The position numbers and the translations under genes are program-made. Of a stretch of DNA of 64,000 bases, positions 1 through 12,339 are shown in pieces (positions within the stretch are counted from its first letter, which is position 1; every line of letters begins with the position of its first letter). The stretch spans positions 38,246,131 through 38,310,130 of the forward strand of contig NC_068987.1 in NCBI RefSeq assembly GCF_001194135.2, written 5' to 3'. Source of the stretch: Octopus bimaculoides. Lineage: Eukaryota. A model generated the notes under the pieces. It saw only the letters and a list, made by a program, of their open reading frames with translations, was not told the DNA's origin and ran no database searches.

Positions 1-3000
1 AATGAGTGTGTTTGTATTATAAATGAAAATTACTTTTTGTTCATGCTATCAATGTATCAAATAGAGTTTTGGTTGATATGCATGCATTGTCTGAATTTTC
101 TATCAAGAAGATAATTAACTCTTCAAATATATTATTATCATTATTATTATTATTATTATTATTATGGTGATGGCACTTTGTTGCTAAGAAATGCTTGTGA
201 ATAGCCAATATCCTATTTTAAACTTTCACCATAAGTTTATAACAAATTTACTTTACAAGAAATATGAGTGGACTATTGTTAATGTTGTTGTTCTAATTAT
301 CATGGCAGTTACTTGGAGAGGGGGAATGATAGAACATCTATTACTAAATCTATGTTCAAATATTACTGGCTTAACTTTGTCTTTCATCTTTTCAAAGTCA
401 ATAAAATACGTACAAATCATGGTTAGGGTCAATTCAGTCGATTATATTTCTTCTACAAATGTGTAGCCTTTGCTCTTGTGGGAAAAGTTATTATTTTTAT
501 TATTACTCAGCAGAGAAAGTTAATGTAAAATTATTATTCATTATTATTAGTGGTGGTGGTAGTGGTAGTGTTAGTAGTAGTAGTAGTGTGTTAAAGTGTA
601 AAGATGCTTTCATGTCAGATTTTACTATGTTGTACTTGAAAAATTGTTTTTGCTATTTATTTTTCTTTTTCTGCTGTGACAGTAAGTGTTGCAAGTCACA
701 AACATAGACATCCCCAAGGAAACAAATCTTGAAAACAATGATGAGTAGATGAAGCAAATATTTTCAATTTAACAAATAAAAAATATTTTATATAGTAGCA
801 GCAGTATTATTGGCAGTGTTCAAAATAAGTTGGCTGCAAGAAAAGAACATAGGATAGAATCTCCTTGCTCATAAAATACATTGTGGAACAAGAGAGTGGG
901 TGAGTAATATAACTCTGTTTTTCCTGAAGTAAGAAAGATGCCTCCACATATTTCCAAATAAACAGTCAGAAGTAACACTATGCAGCAAGATATGTGTTCC
1001 CTTGTCTGGGGTGCGCATATAGAAGTGTGTGCCTCATCTTTAATGTCAAGGATGATGTGGGATGACTGGCAGATAGGTGCAGCACATTCCTGCTTATAGC
1101 CTGGGGCTGCAATATATAAGGAGACAAAATACAAAGGATATATCTGTGACATTGACAGACAGGGTTATGCCTAGGATACCTTTGCATCAGTATGAACAGG
1201 TTGTGAGTTTGGATGTGACACAAAATAATAATTAAGTGGGTTCTGTATGGAAGACCATGAATTTATTTTTGAGTTGTATCCTATCATAGGCACATAAAGG
1301 AGTCCAATAGTATTTGACAGAAAACCCAGCTATATATGTGGAAGGAAGGGACACTTTCTGCTAAAGAAGCTGGATATGAAAAGAAGGAAAGAAAGCAACA
1401 ATGACAGCAAGTATGAACAACTGCTACTACTTGTTACAACTGTGAGTATAATGAGAAAAATTGACTCAACATTAGGGCCAGGAACTGAAGGATTCCTTCT
1501 CAGTAGTGTCATCTTATTGTCAAGTGATAATGGATAGTGGTATGTTGTAGGGGACAGCAAAAACATAGAGGAAGAAAAGCAAGCATAAATCAAAGACAAA
1601 GAAGGTCGAAGAAGTGAAGCCTAGCTTTTCTTAAGTAATCATAAGATTTACAGTTCTTTGCCAGTGCTACTAATTATTAAGGATATATAATAAGTAATTT
1701 CATTTATAAGTATATAATTAAATTACATTTCAGATTTGTAATTATTGATAATATGTTTAATTTACCTTGATAAACTTAACCAAGACCATTCAGACATCTA
1801 TTATTTGCCATATTTGTGCATGTATTAGATGTGTCACCTTTAATTAATTTTGTATGAGTGTTGGCACAGCTAGAGCTGAAGGTGGAACAACTGATAAATT
1901 TTTTTCTAATGAATGAAAAGTATAATGTAAACTAATTTTTTTGCCCAAAGAATTGGCTTCCTATTTTGTACAAGTAATGATGTAGAGAGCAATTATGTTT
2001 ACAATATAGAAATTGGAAATGAACAAAACATATTTGGAGAGGAATTAGTTGAGTGTTATGTGAACTTTAAAGATAGACTGGGTAGATTCAAAACGCTGAG
2101 ATATTAATGAGTGCCTTGGTTTGTAACAGTGACGGAACAAGTATAAAACATGATTAATTAATCAATTTGATGGAGAGATAGGGGAACTAAGATTTGAGAC
2201 AAGCTCTTTTTTACATAAGTGGAAAGATAAGATAAAAAAAGTTGATATATTTTTAATCTAACTAATTTGTGCCAGATTGAAAAACTGTTTATTAATGTAG
2301 TGTAGTTAATGATTTCTTAAATTTGTGGAAGGTTACATGTTTGTTGGCAATGACTAAACGGACCTCAAACTTACTGGTACTTGTAATATTGAAAATCACA
2401 GTTGTCACTGGTTAGATCTGATCTCTGAATGTTAAGGAACGTAACTAAATACTTTGAGGTATTTTATCCAAAATTTTACTGCTTCCTTCACGTCTTTGTC
2501 CTAGAATTTTTCCGTTGTGCCACTTACTTTTTTGTAGTCAGCCTGAGTTCTATTTAATAGTAAATGATGGCAATTTTTCCAAACATATAAAATATTTTAA
2601 GATTAATTCTTGCAATGTATACCATGCAATGAATAATAGTTGTCTTGGTAGCAGTGAAAAGTATTAAGAGAAGCAGTACAACAACAAACACATATTAGAA
2701 ATAACAAATGCAAGCCAGTGGTCTTGTGAAGATTATTGAAAGAGAAAGCAGACCACATGGTTGAAAAGAGTGTGTAGAGGAGTTCTAGGCTCCTAGAGTA
2801 AATAAAGAATATGATAATAGCCTTAAGTTACATCACTGATTCTGCTGTAATTTATTATAAAGTTCTAGATGTCTTCATGTTTATTTTATTCTAAAGCTTT
2901 GTAAGCTTTAACTTAGAAATATCTGGGAAATGGGTACTGCTTTAATAATTAGGTATATTTTTTAAATAATTATTAATTTAGTTCTAATTCCTCTTAATTA

Positions 3001-3251
3001 TTTAAATTTTCTTTTAGATATACATGTTTTTAATTTTTACTGTCACTGAATCTTGGTCAAGACACTTGTTTTTCTAATGATTCCTTAAAATTTATGATTA
3101 ACCACTATAATAGAAAATATCAGTGCTAATAATATTTGATTAATAGAGTTCTCATTGATTTCATCAATGTGGAAGAAACAAAAAAGAAAGTTGATCCCAA
3201 TGTCATTTCAACTGATAGTTTAAAAGATTAGTACTTTCTCTTGACAGCACT

Positions 3252-3255
<4 letters not shown>

Positions 3256-3301
<46 letters not shown>
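3256..3301. repeat. (TA)n microsatellite
   Basis: Pure TA run directly abutting the left end of the fold-back element. Confidence 0.95.
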
Positions 3302-3303
<2 letters not shown>

Positions 3304-3347
3304 TTAATGAGAGACACTGTAGATGGGAGATACAAGAATATTTATTG

Positions 3348-3453
3348 ATCACTACAATTGTTTCAACCCATCTAGCATCGATTCCTCAAGGTTGGGATAC
3401 TGAACATTTGGTTAAGGTGTATCCATCAATGTAGATATGTCTCCTCAGGTGAT
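3348..3453 (-). ncRNA. Type I hammerhead ribozyme motif (minimal helix III, extended helix II)
   Basis: Minus strand reads ATCAC-CTGAGGA-GACATATCTA...TAGATGGGTT-GAAAC-AATT-GTA-GTGAT. Helix I is ATCAC/GTGAT, the core is CUGANGA and GAAAC, the loop III tetramer AATT is palindromic, and the cleavage triplet is GUA. Helix II extends through CATTGAT/ATCGATG and GGATAC/GTATCC. Confidence 0.75.
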
Positions 3454-3919
3454 TACAAGATGTACCTCATTAGATAACATCTGTTCTGCAAGATTTATTT
3501 TTGGTATACAAAAGCAGCAAATTAAGGTATACAGCTTTATTATTATAGAAGATCAATAACAAATAACTGTGTCATGTCACTAGCCATTCTTAGGCACTGA
3601 ATTTATCAATATCTATTTAATTCACTATGTGAGTGTATGTGCCGAAACCACACATATGCATATGCTTATATTTCCATGTTAGTTTGTACAAATAAGTGTA
3701 TGTGCACTAAACAACGTAAGCAAAGGTGTTTGTACATCCATATCTACAAATGATTATATCTAATACTTTTTTCACTGCATTGTGTATTTATTTCTTTTTG
3801 CTTCTGATATTTGTTATTGATCTTCTATAATAATGAGTCTGTATCCCTTAATTCACTGCTTTTGAATGCACGTATGAAGAATTTTGTGGAACTGATATTT
3901 TAATGAGATACATCTTGTA

Positions 3920-4025
3920 GTTACCTGAGGAGAGGCATTTACACTAACAGATATGCTTAAACCAGATGTTCAGTATCCCACCCGTGAATAATCGATGTTA
4001 GATGGGTTGAAACAATCGTCGTTAT
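3920..4025 (+). ncRNA. Degenerate type I hammerhead ribozyme motif (second arm)
   Basis: GTTAC-CTGAGGA-GAGGCATTTA...TAGATGGGTT-GAAAC-AATC-GTC-GTTAT. Core nucleotides are intact; helices I and II carry mismatches. Confidence 0.6.
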
Positions 4026-4070
4026 CAATGAACATTCTCGTATCTTCCATCTTCCATCTCGTTAATCAAA

Positions 4071-4118
4071 GACCCAGCTGAGAAAGTGAACATGCTTTAC
4101 CATTAAACTACCAGGTCT
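4071..4118 (-). other. Truncated tRNA-like / Pol III A-box head
   Basis: Minus strand ACCTGG-TAGTTTAATGG-TAAAGCATGTTCACTTTCTCAGCTGGGT. It has an A-box-like motif and stops where the B box would begin. A homologue lies at ~17150-17205. Confidence 0.5.
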
Positions 4119-4681
4119 ATACCATGTAATTTATTAAATAATATATTTATAGATAGATAGATCTGTTAAAATATCATAGAAATGTTCTATAATAAATATC
4201 ATCATCATCATCATAATCATCATCACTGCAACCATCATCATGAGAGATGAGGATGAATATGAGGTTTTCAAATCAAATTCTCATGACATTCTATGTACAA
4301 CTGAACTAACAATTGTTGGTCCATCATTTTTGTTACAAAGGACAATATATTAATTTAAATCTAGCTTGTAGGATCATCTCTATTACACTAGCAAATATGG
4401 CTAAGGAATATCAAAAAATTGAGTTAGGGTGGATTTGCAAATTACTTCAATTGCCAAATGAATTTAACATTTATGCACAACTTACTCAAATTATATTCTT
4501 TTTTCCACATTATATAAATTGTGCATAGCAACAAAACTGTACTGATATCTGCTTTTTTCTTTTCCTTTCTTTATCTCCTCACTTCTAAACTGTAAGTGGG
4601 GAGAAATATATATATATATATATAATAATACAAAGAATATATATGCATGTATACGCACATATATGTACATACATCTACATG

Positions 4682-4717
<36 letters not shown>

Positions 4718-4879
4718 GTATTGATTTATTTTCATGGAAGAGAGCATGAATATTTGAAAACTTATGAGAAGGAATAAAACTGATGGAACACTGTGGTTTT
4801 ATACTTTGGGAATATATCCAAATTGATAACTTAATTACCTTTCCAAATATTTTCTTTATTTTGAAGCTTTGTAACTTAC

Positions 4880-4939
4880 CATAGTTATTCCAGCTTGGGA
4901 GTTCATTATTCAAGATGTCACAATTCATTATTGTATTTA
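4880..4939 (-). CDS. Candidate 60-nt phase1-phase1 exon (VNTIMNCDILNNELPSWNNYG), unassigned
   Basis: Acceptor ATCATTGCAG, consensus donor G|GTAAGT, a single open frame and length divisible by 3. No homology recognised and the pyrimidine tract is weak. Confidence 0.25.
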
Positions 4940-5037
4940 CTGCAATGATACTGAATAACCACAATCAATTGGATGTAATTGAGACATTGCTCCAGCTGTT
5001 ATTTTCCTGGTTCAATATGGTTTCAGGTTTGACTGTA

Positions 5038-6251
5038 CAAGGGGATGCTGAAAAGTTCCTGGCTTTGGTAAAAGAAAATACAAGAGGGTCAGTTAATTAT
5101 GATTTTATTCAACATATTCCCCTCTCAGATTCACACACTTATTGCAGCAGTCCTTCAGTTTTTCTAAGCCTTGTAAAAAGATCTCAGAAGGTTAGGCTTC
5201 CAACCAGGTCTCTATAGCAGCAATCACTTCTGAATTGAAGTGAAATTTCATTTCCTTGGGATGTTTCTTTAGTTTTAGAAAGAGGTGATAGTCAGAGAGG
5301 GCCAAGTGGGTGGTCTACAAATTTGGAGACAAAGTCGTGTATTTTTTTTTTTTTTGTAGAGTTTCATATGCTGTGTGTGCTGGTGCATTGTCCTGCAGAA
5401 GCAGGACACCATGGCTCAGCTATTCACAGCATTTCTGCTTCAAAACTTCATGCAGTTCATCTAATAGACCTGTACTATTCTAAATTGGTGGTGCAACACT
5501 TTGGCAGGTATTTTATAGGGAGTACTCAGTCTTTGTCCCAGAATACTGAAGCCAGAATCTTTCCAGCTGACTTCTAGGCCCAAAACGTCTTGGGATGTAG
5601 TGAACCACTGTGGCACCACTCCTTTGATTGTTGCTTGGTCTGGGGATCATAATGATGAAGCCAAGTTTCATCCATTGTGACTAAACGAGCCATAAAATCA
5701 GACTCTGCCGCTGCAAACCAGTCACAAATCATCATTAATGTTGTCACTTTGATGTGCTTCTGATTTGTATTCAGGTATTTTGGCACCCATTTTGCTGAAA
5801 ACTTTCTTGTGTCCAGAATGTTGTGAATGATATGGTCAATTCTTTTATGGAAAATCCCCAGAATCTCAGCTATGAGTTTATCTGAAATCCAGTAGTCCTC
5901 AAGAATCATGACATGCACAGCATCAGCTTTGTCCTCTGTGGTTGCAGAAGTTGGCCGTCCTGACTGGGGTTCATCTTTGACCTTGAAATGACCAGTCTGA
6001 AACCTTGACACCCAGATTTTCACTATAGAGTAAGATAGGCAGCCATCCTTCAAGACTTTCTTCATCTCACCATGGATTTCTGCTGTTCCATTGCCTTGCA
6101 AAAGGAGAAACTTCATCTGCCTGTGCTTCAATTCTACCAAAATCCACTGTAGGAGCTGTCATCATGCATTAAATCTGTCATAAGGTGAAAGACATATACC
6201 ATCATGATTTTTTTACTCATCTTCTCCTAAATAGTTGTCCTAACACCCCTG
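5038..6251 (-). mobile_element. Mariner DNA transposon, decayed transposase (irritans-like)
   Basis: ORF 5574-6140 has HTH, SGRP, WVPK and MDETWLHHYDPQTKQQSKEW motifs. Decayed SAGKILASVFWD, QDNAPAH and APSDYHLF-like motifs follow. The left end is TA|CAAGGGGATGCTGAAAAGTTCC; the right TIR is weak. Confidence 0.9.
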
Positions 6252-7884
6252 TAAAGGTAACAGCTCTACCCTTTCATGATAACCTTGAAGCCAGTAACTC
6301 GTATGGTGGTTAATAGAGTCTCTTTAGAATCACTTGATCCAGGGTTCAATCCCACTAACCTTGAGTTCACCAACGACAAATGAGTGGAACTAGGTTCATG
6401 GAAACTGAGCAGAAGTACATACATACATGCATGCATGCATGTAGTTGTGAATAGCTAGATGGGTGGATGGTTATATAGGCAAGTTAAATAAATACATCTT
6501 CATAGCTAGACAATAAAAGTCTTAGAGTGGGTAACACACGGATATGTAGATGTCAGAACATGTGTTGAGTGACATGATCTATCTGTCTGTCTATCTATCT
6601 GCCTGTTTATCAATCTAACTATCTAAACGTCTGTCTACCGTCTGTTTATCTATTTCATCTGTTTACATATCTATCTTTCTGTCTGTCTCTTTTTTAGCTA
6701 CTTGACTCTCTCCCTCTATCTCTTCATATAGATAGATAAATGGATGGATAAACGTATAGATATGTGATTGTGTATATATTGTTTGTGATATATGTTGGAT
6801 TAAACACACACGTTGATCAAAGCTATGTATGTTTTTATAGACAAACAGACAGACAGATAGATAGCCAATATAAACCTGCAAGGAAACTAAAAATTGAGGT
6901 TTCTTTTGTAGCAAAGTCTTTTGTGTCATTTGTTCTGCAGTAATTTACAAACACTTCCTTGCCACTCTTGCTGTCAAAATGCAGTGAGCCACTGATTGAC
7001 TTATTAGAAACTGTCACAATGATATTATTGTTCACAAATTGTGATATATATATAATACATAGATATATATGTGTACCTACAAAATAGCCAAGTAGATTAG
7101 CTATTGACTCATAGTTCATGAGTTCAAATCTGGTGCAAGTATTCTGCTGTTTTTTTATGACTTTTCTTTTTTATATTTCTTCAATTCACTTAGGTGTTTA
7201 AGAATAAGTTGTACATTTTGTGTGAAAAGGTCAATAACACTGAACTATACAGTTGTTCATGAAAGGTCACAGCATTGATTATATATCACACCACCACATG
7301 CAATAAATAAATAAATAAATAAATAAATAAAAGAAATCTACATGCTCATTTTTTTTTTCAGTCCATTGTTGCATGTATATGCAATGTGTTTCTTTGGAAC
7401 TTTAAATCAAAATTAATAAATATGAACTTTAAAAGATTCTCTGATTGTTAGAAAACAAATGCACAAAATTCAATGTGAATAATATAAACACCCTGGAGAT
7501 GATGAAACACAGTACAAAGTACTAGAATTATAGTTCTTATTGTTGATAAAATACCAAATGTTCAGATTGCTTCCATACTTAGCTTTACAGTCATACACTA
7601 GAACCTTTCCCTGGATACTTTCATGTAGAACCATCCATATGAACTTACTTGTGCTTGATTGAAATGTTATTTCCTCATTCTTACAGTATTCTAGTTAATG
7701 ATTACTATAACTGTCTATGGAGCAGGAACTTCTATGGATCTAGTGTAGACAATTGTTGTAGTTTTATCTATGTCAGGTAGCTTTCTTGAAAACACTGAAG
7801 ATTGAATTCAATAAGTCTTTTATGATGCTGCCACTGTGTTATAGATGAAGTTTTACTACCCTGTTGTACTGAGGTTAAACTGGG

Positions 7885-7924
7885 ACACACACACACACAC
7901 ACACACACACATGCACACACACAT

Positions 7925-7964
<40 letters not shown>
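7885..7964. repeat. (CA)n microsatellite
   Basis: Near-pure CA run; it explains ORF 7768-7962. Confidence 0.95.
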
Positions 7965-7967
<3 letters not shown>

Positions 7968-8864
7968 TATGAGTGTGATTAGTGTTTTTGACATTTGACT
8001 CAGCACAATTCCAGTTTCAAGCCATTAACTGTTGAACTCTTCATTAGTTGTTCAGTACTCTATCAAATCAATAATATCCGTGTGTGAGTGGGCCGAAGAA
8101 AATAAAAACACAGTTATGTCTGCTCATAATAGTGACTTGGATGGACAGTTTCTGTGAGTGTGTAGATGAGAGAGAGACAGAGGACGAAGGAATGAATGAA
8201 AGTGTTAGTGACCATAATGTAGCTTTATGCTAGCAGGAACAGGTCACTTGTGTTGCAAATTCTTCCTATTTGATGGGTCTGTCCATACTCATCAACTAAC
8301 TGATAGTGAACAGTACCTGACAGAAACACATGACTGCATTCTGTTCTATCTTGTCTGTCAGTTGCCTCTCTGTCATTTGCTTCTGCCTGTGGCTACATGT
8401 CTCTCTCTCTAAATGTGGTCTCTTTTAGTAAACTCCACAACAAATCTAACTGGACTAATATATGGTTACATCATTACTGAAAAATCTGGGAGTTATTCAC
8501 ATATTGGCCAGATAGGTGGTTCTCAACATTCTTTTACCTCTGGACCCCTTTCATTGCTACTTTACTTTGGTGTATTCCCATTGCCATTTGATGTGTAAAA
8601 ACTAGTTTATAGGTATTTCTTTCAAAATTTCTATTTTGTTCATCACACAGTCACTTGTGTAGGCTGAACTATGTAAGACATTAGAAAATTAAACCTGACT
8701 GTTTCTTACAATAAATACATCTAAAGCAAAATGTTTTCATGGACCCTTAATATACCATTTACTATTTTGCTTGCATGGACCCACAGGGTCATTGCTGCAA
8801 ACTCTTTTTACTATGTGGAAAGATTAGATATAGATGTAATATATTAATAAAGATACTATTACCA

Positions 8865-9490
8865 CTACTATGCCTGGCAAAATGTTTAGCGGCATTTTGT
8901 CTGTCTTTACATTCTGAGTTCAAATTCTGCTGAGGTCAACTTTGCCTTTCACCCTTTCGGGGTTGATAAATTAAGGACCAGTGAAACACTGGGGTTGATG
9001 TAATCAACTAGTCCCCTCCCCTGAAATTTCAAGCCTTTAGGAGAAAGGATTATTATTATTATTATCATTAGTGTGCTGAGCAAAATGCTTGGCAGCATTT
9101 CATCTGTCTTTACGCTCTGAGTTCAAATTCCACCAAGGTCAACTTTGCCTTTCATTCTTTCAGAGTCAATAAGTAACAGCTGAGTGCAAGGGTTGATGTA
9201 ATTGATTATCCCTTTCCCCCAAACTTCAGGCCTTCTGCTTGTAGTAGAAAGAATTATTAAGGTGGCATACTGGCAGAATTGTTACCACGTCAGACAAAAT
9301 GCTTAGCTGCATTTCATCTGCATTTACCTTCTGAGTTCAAATTCTGCTGGGGTCATCTTTACCTTTCATCCCTTTGAGGTCAATAAGTTCTACTCATGCA
9401 TTAGGAACATTATAAGCAACTAGCCACCTCCTGTAAAATTTCAGGCCTTGTGCCTATGTAGAAAGAATTACTATCATCATTATTATTATT
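8865..9490 (+). mobile_element. Three head-to-tail tRNA-derived SINEs (Nin/Deu-domain-like family with (ATT)n tail)
   Basis: Three repeats of CTGAGTTCAAATT...GGTCAACTTTGCCTTTCATCCTTTCGGGGT...AGTACCAG...AGAAAGGATTATT. The central motif resembles the Deu/Nin SINE domain. Confidence 0.85.
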
Positions 9491-10070
9491 TCATATATAC
9501 ACAACAGGTTAAACTGTTGGAAAAGAAAGATTTCTAACATCAAGCTACAACAAATAACCTTAGATGCCAAGAACCCTCCTAAGTATTCTAGATGTCCCTC
9601 ATAACACTGTTTTCTGAAACTGTACTAAACTAGGTTTTATGCTTATTTCTTCTATCCATCTGTTCAAATCATAAGGGATAGTTCCTAATGCACCTATAAC
9701 TACAGGAATACACTTTACCTGCACTTTCCATAGTCTCTGTAACTCAGTGGTTAGGTTCTGGTACTTTGCTATTTTTTCTATACCTCCCATATTGACTTTC
9801 TCAGCATTTGGGACTGTAAAATCAATTATCTGGCACTTTCTTTTCTCTTTGTCTACTACTACTAAATCAGACATTCTTGTTTCTATTACTCAGTCCATCT
9901 GAAGGTTAAAATTCCACAATATTTTATATTTCTTACTTTCTAGTACTTTACTAGGATCATGTTCATACCATTTATCAGTGTGGTTAAATTCTCGCTTTGT
10001 ACATAACTTCCAGTGGATTATTCTACCTAGGTTGTCAAGTATTTTCTTGTGTTCTTATATAATTCCCAAT
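9491..10070 (-). mobile_element. R4/Dong-clade non-LTR retrotransposon 3' end (restriction-like endonuclease domain)
   Basis: GRIIHWKLC..WYEHDP..KILWNFNLQMD..SDLVVVDKEKRKCQIIDFTVP..EKIAKYQNL..IPVVIGALG..KTVL..GTSRILRRVLGI*, followed by a short 3' UTR and an (AAT)n run. Confidence 0.88.
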
Positions 10071-10529
10071 GAATTATTCTCCCTAGGTTGTTGAAATGCT
10101 TGCAAGAGAACAAAACCATCTTGCATGCAATAATTCAATGTCTGTGCATTAGAGAATTGTGGGACTGTGTGAAGCTGCTTTTGTTGTGTGTAAGACGAAT
10201 GGTGAGGGTTCTCTGCCACTGGACATCAGGAAGTGTCACAGCCAGTTTGTGGGTTCTGTGAAAAACCAGAAGCTCAAAATTGGAATTTATGCTCTTTGGG
10301 CAAGGACCAGAGTGTCTTCACAGTGTAAGGAGTAACAGCCTGCAGTGTGGGGTTGGTTGTGTGTGTGTGTGATAAGCTGAGTGTAGTAAACCTTGGGCTG
10401 AACCATCAGACAATGGTGGTGAGAAGTACTGATGGTGAAAGCTATAATGTCTGCTATGTTCATGGTGCAGTTCATAGATATCTAAGCACATATTTCCTTT
10501 CATGTGGGCAGGATTGGAAAATTTTGCTT

Positions 10530-10830
10530 TTACAGTTTAGATAGGTATCCAAGTAGCAAGAGTTCTTTAGTAATTATTATAATTTTTTTATTCACCAAAC
10601 ATTCCCTGCACCTCCTACTTCTCTTGAAGTAAGGTTTGCACCTTTCCAGTACTCTGTGCTTTATCCTGTAACCCATGGCACTTTCTTTCAATGGGCATAT
10701 TTGCCTAGCTAGCACTGTGACACTTTGCTTCCCCTGGATATTAAAGGAGGATTTGTGGTTGTTAAATCTTATCCTAAAGAGATTTACTGTTGAGTTCACT
10801 TATTTCTGCATGTTTGCCTGCCCATTGTGA
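10530..10830 (-). mobile_element. Penelope-like element remnant (GIY-YIG endonuclease C-terminal part)
   Basis: RFNNHKSSF...VLERCKPY...RCRECLVNK matches the PLE pattern RYNNHKSSF..IL..AKPY..CNLCL.EK. Confidence 0.75.
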
Positions 10831-11489
10831 TCTTTTGACATTAATATTCATGGTACAGACTGCAACATGAATATAAATGTTAGAGCAGTCACTGCTAGTT
10901 CTTCCCACTACTGCAGTCTGAGGGTTGATTATAAGGTTTATCACATCCAACTTATTACATACAAACACCCATATACATACTCACACATAAAATTAAGACT
11001 GACTACTTACACTATCTCCACTTTCTGCCCCTCCTCCATCAGCCTCATGTCACTTTGCACCTAAACCACAACCCCATTCTGCAAGCAATAACCTTCACAT
11101 TGTGAAGTACTCCGATCTTTGCTTAATTGGTATAACTCTAGATAAATTTTTCCTCCGAGGATCTTTCTTGGATATTTATGTTCTGGTTTTTCACAACACC
11201 CACAAACTAGATGGGTTTTTCTTCAAACTCTTGTGTGTGAAATACCCTGACTGGTAAAACTAGCTGAAATAGATCTATAATACAGTTGTTTAAATATTAA
11301 TATAGCCACAAATGTATGAGTACCTGTATTTTCTGACTCATACTTTTTAGATGACTGTGCATATATGTATGTAGTTGACTGCATATGTATGTATGCAGAT
11401 GACTGCATGCGTATGTAAATATATTTAAGTCAAAATATATGGATTCAAGTTATCATAAAAAACTCCTTAATCATATTTCTACAAAATAT

Positions 11490-11860
11490 AAGTGGCTGTG
11501 TGGTAAGTAGCTTGCTTACCAGCCACATGGTTCTGGGTTCAGACCCACTGCATGACACCTTGGGCAAGTGTCTTCTACTATAGCCTTGGGCCAACCAAAG
11601 CCTGTCGTATATATGTATATATATATATATGTATGTGTGTGTATATGTTTGTGTGTCTGTGTTTGTCCCCCCAACATCGCTTGACAACCGATGGTGGTGT
11701 GTTTACGTCCCCGTAACTTAGCGGTTCGGCAAAAGAGACCAATAGACTAAGTACTAAGCTTCCAAATAATAAGTCCTGGGGTCGATTTGCTCGACTAAAG
11801 GCGGTGCTCCTTCATGGCCACAGTCAAATGACCGAAACAAGTAAAAGAGTAAAAGGAGTA
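11490..11860 (+). mobile_element. tRNA-derived SINE (second family, internal microsatellite, GTAAAAGA tail) with internal deletion
   Basis: GTGGCTGTGTGGTAAG...GGGTTCAG...ACCTTGGGCAAGTGTCTTC...GACTGAAACAAGTAAAAGAG layout. It lacks the TGTGAGTGGATTT..GAAAGAAGCC block seen in other copies. Confidence 0.9.
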
Positions 11861-12339
11861 CAAAAGAAAATGTCAAGGATTGTATAAAGTCATAAATGAC
11901 AGTTTAATGAAATTTTAGCAATAAGAAAATGCAAATATTATGACAAATTGTTTCGTAACTTAGAAACATGTAGATAATTTGTATTATATTTAATAATAAA
12001 TAAATTACTTAGATGTCAGCATTAATGTAAAAAATCCTTCAAAATAATACAGAATTTAAAATACATCCTCAGTTGAAAGAAAGTCTTTGATAAATACTAA
12101 ATTCTCGACAATTGTTCAAGAACATATAAGTTTATATGATATAAATTATCTACATGTTTTAAAGTTACAAAACAATTTGTCACATTTGAATTTTCTTATT
12201 GTCAAATNNNNNNNNNNNNNNNNNNNNNNNNNNNNNNNNNNNNNNNNNNNNNNNNNATACACAGAGTGTTGAGATTAACTTTGATTAAGTTTGCAGAAAA
12301 GGAAAAGTAAATACTATTTCCCATCCACAAATAAAATTA

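Larger units (their letters stand above)
3302..4066. mobile_element. Fold-back non-autonomous element with ~270-bp inverted arms carrying hammerhead motifs (PLE pseudo-LTR-like)
   Basis: ~3302-3570 is the diverged reverse complement of ~3800-4066, for example TTATTATAGAAGATCAATAACAAATA vs TATTTGTTATTGATCTTCTATAATAA, and AACCCATCTAGCATCGAT vs ATCGATGTTAGATGGGTT. The central spacer is ~230 bp. No ORF. Confidence 0.75.

Noticed and set aside
5574-6140. Mariner ORF as a domesticated SETMAR-like gene
   Set aside because: Truncated by frameshifts before the catalytic domain is complete, with no fused exon.
7485-7525. CTGGAGA-TGAT-GAAAC-ACA-GTA as another hammerhead
   Set aside because: The core is altered, there is no helix II and no helix I pairing.
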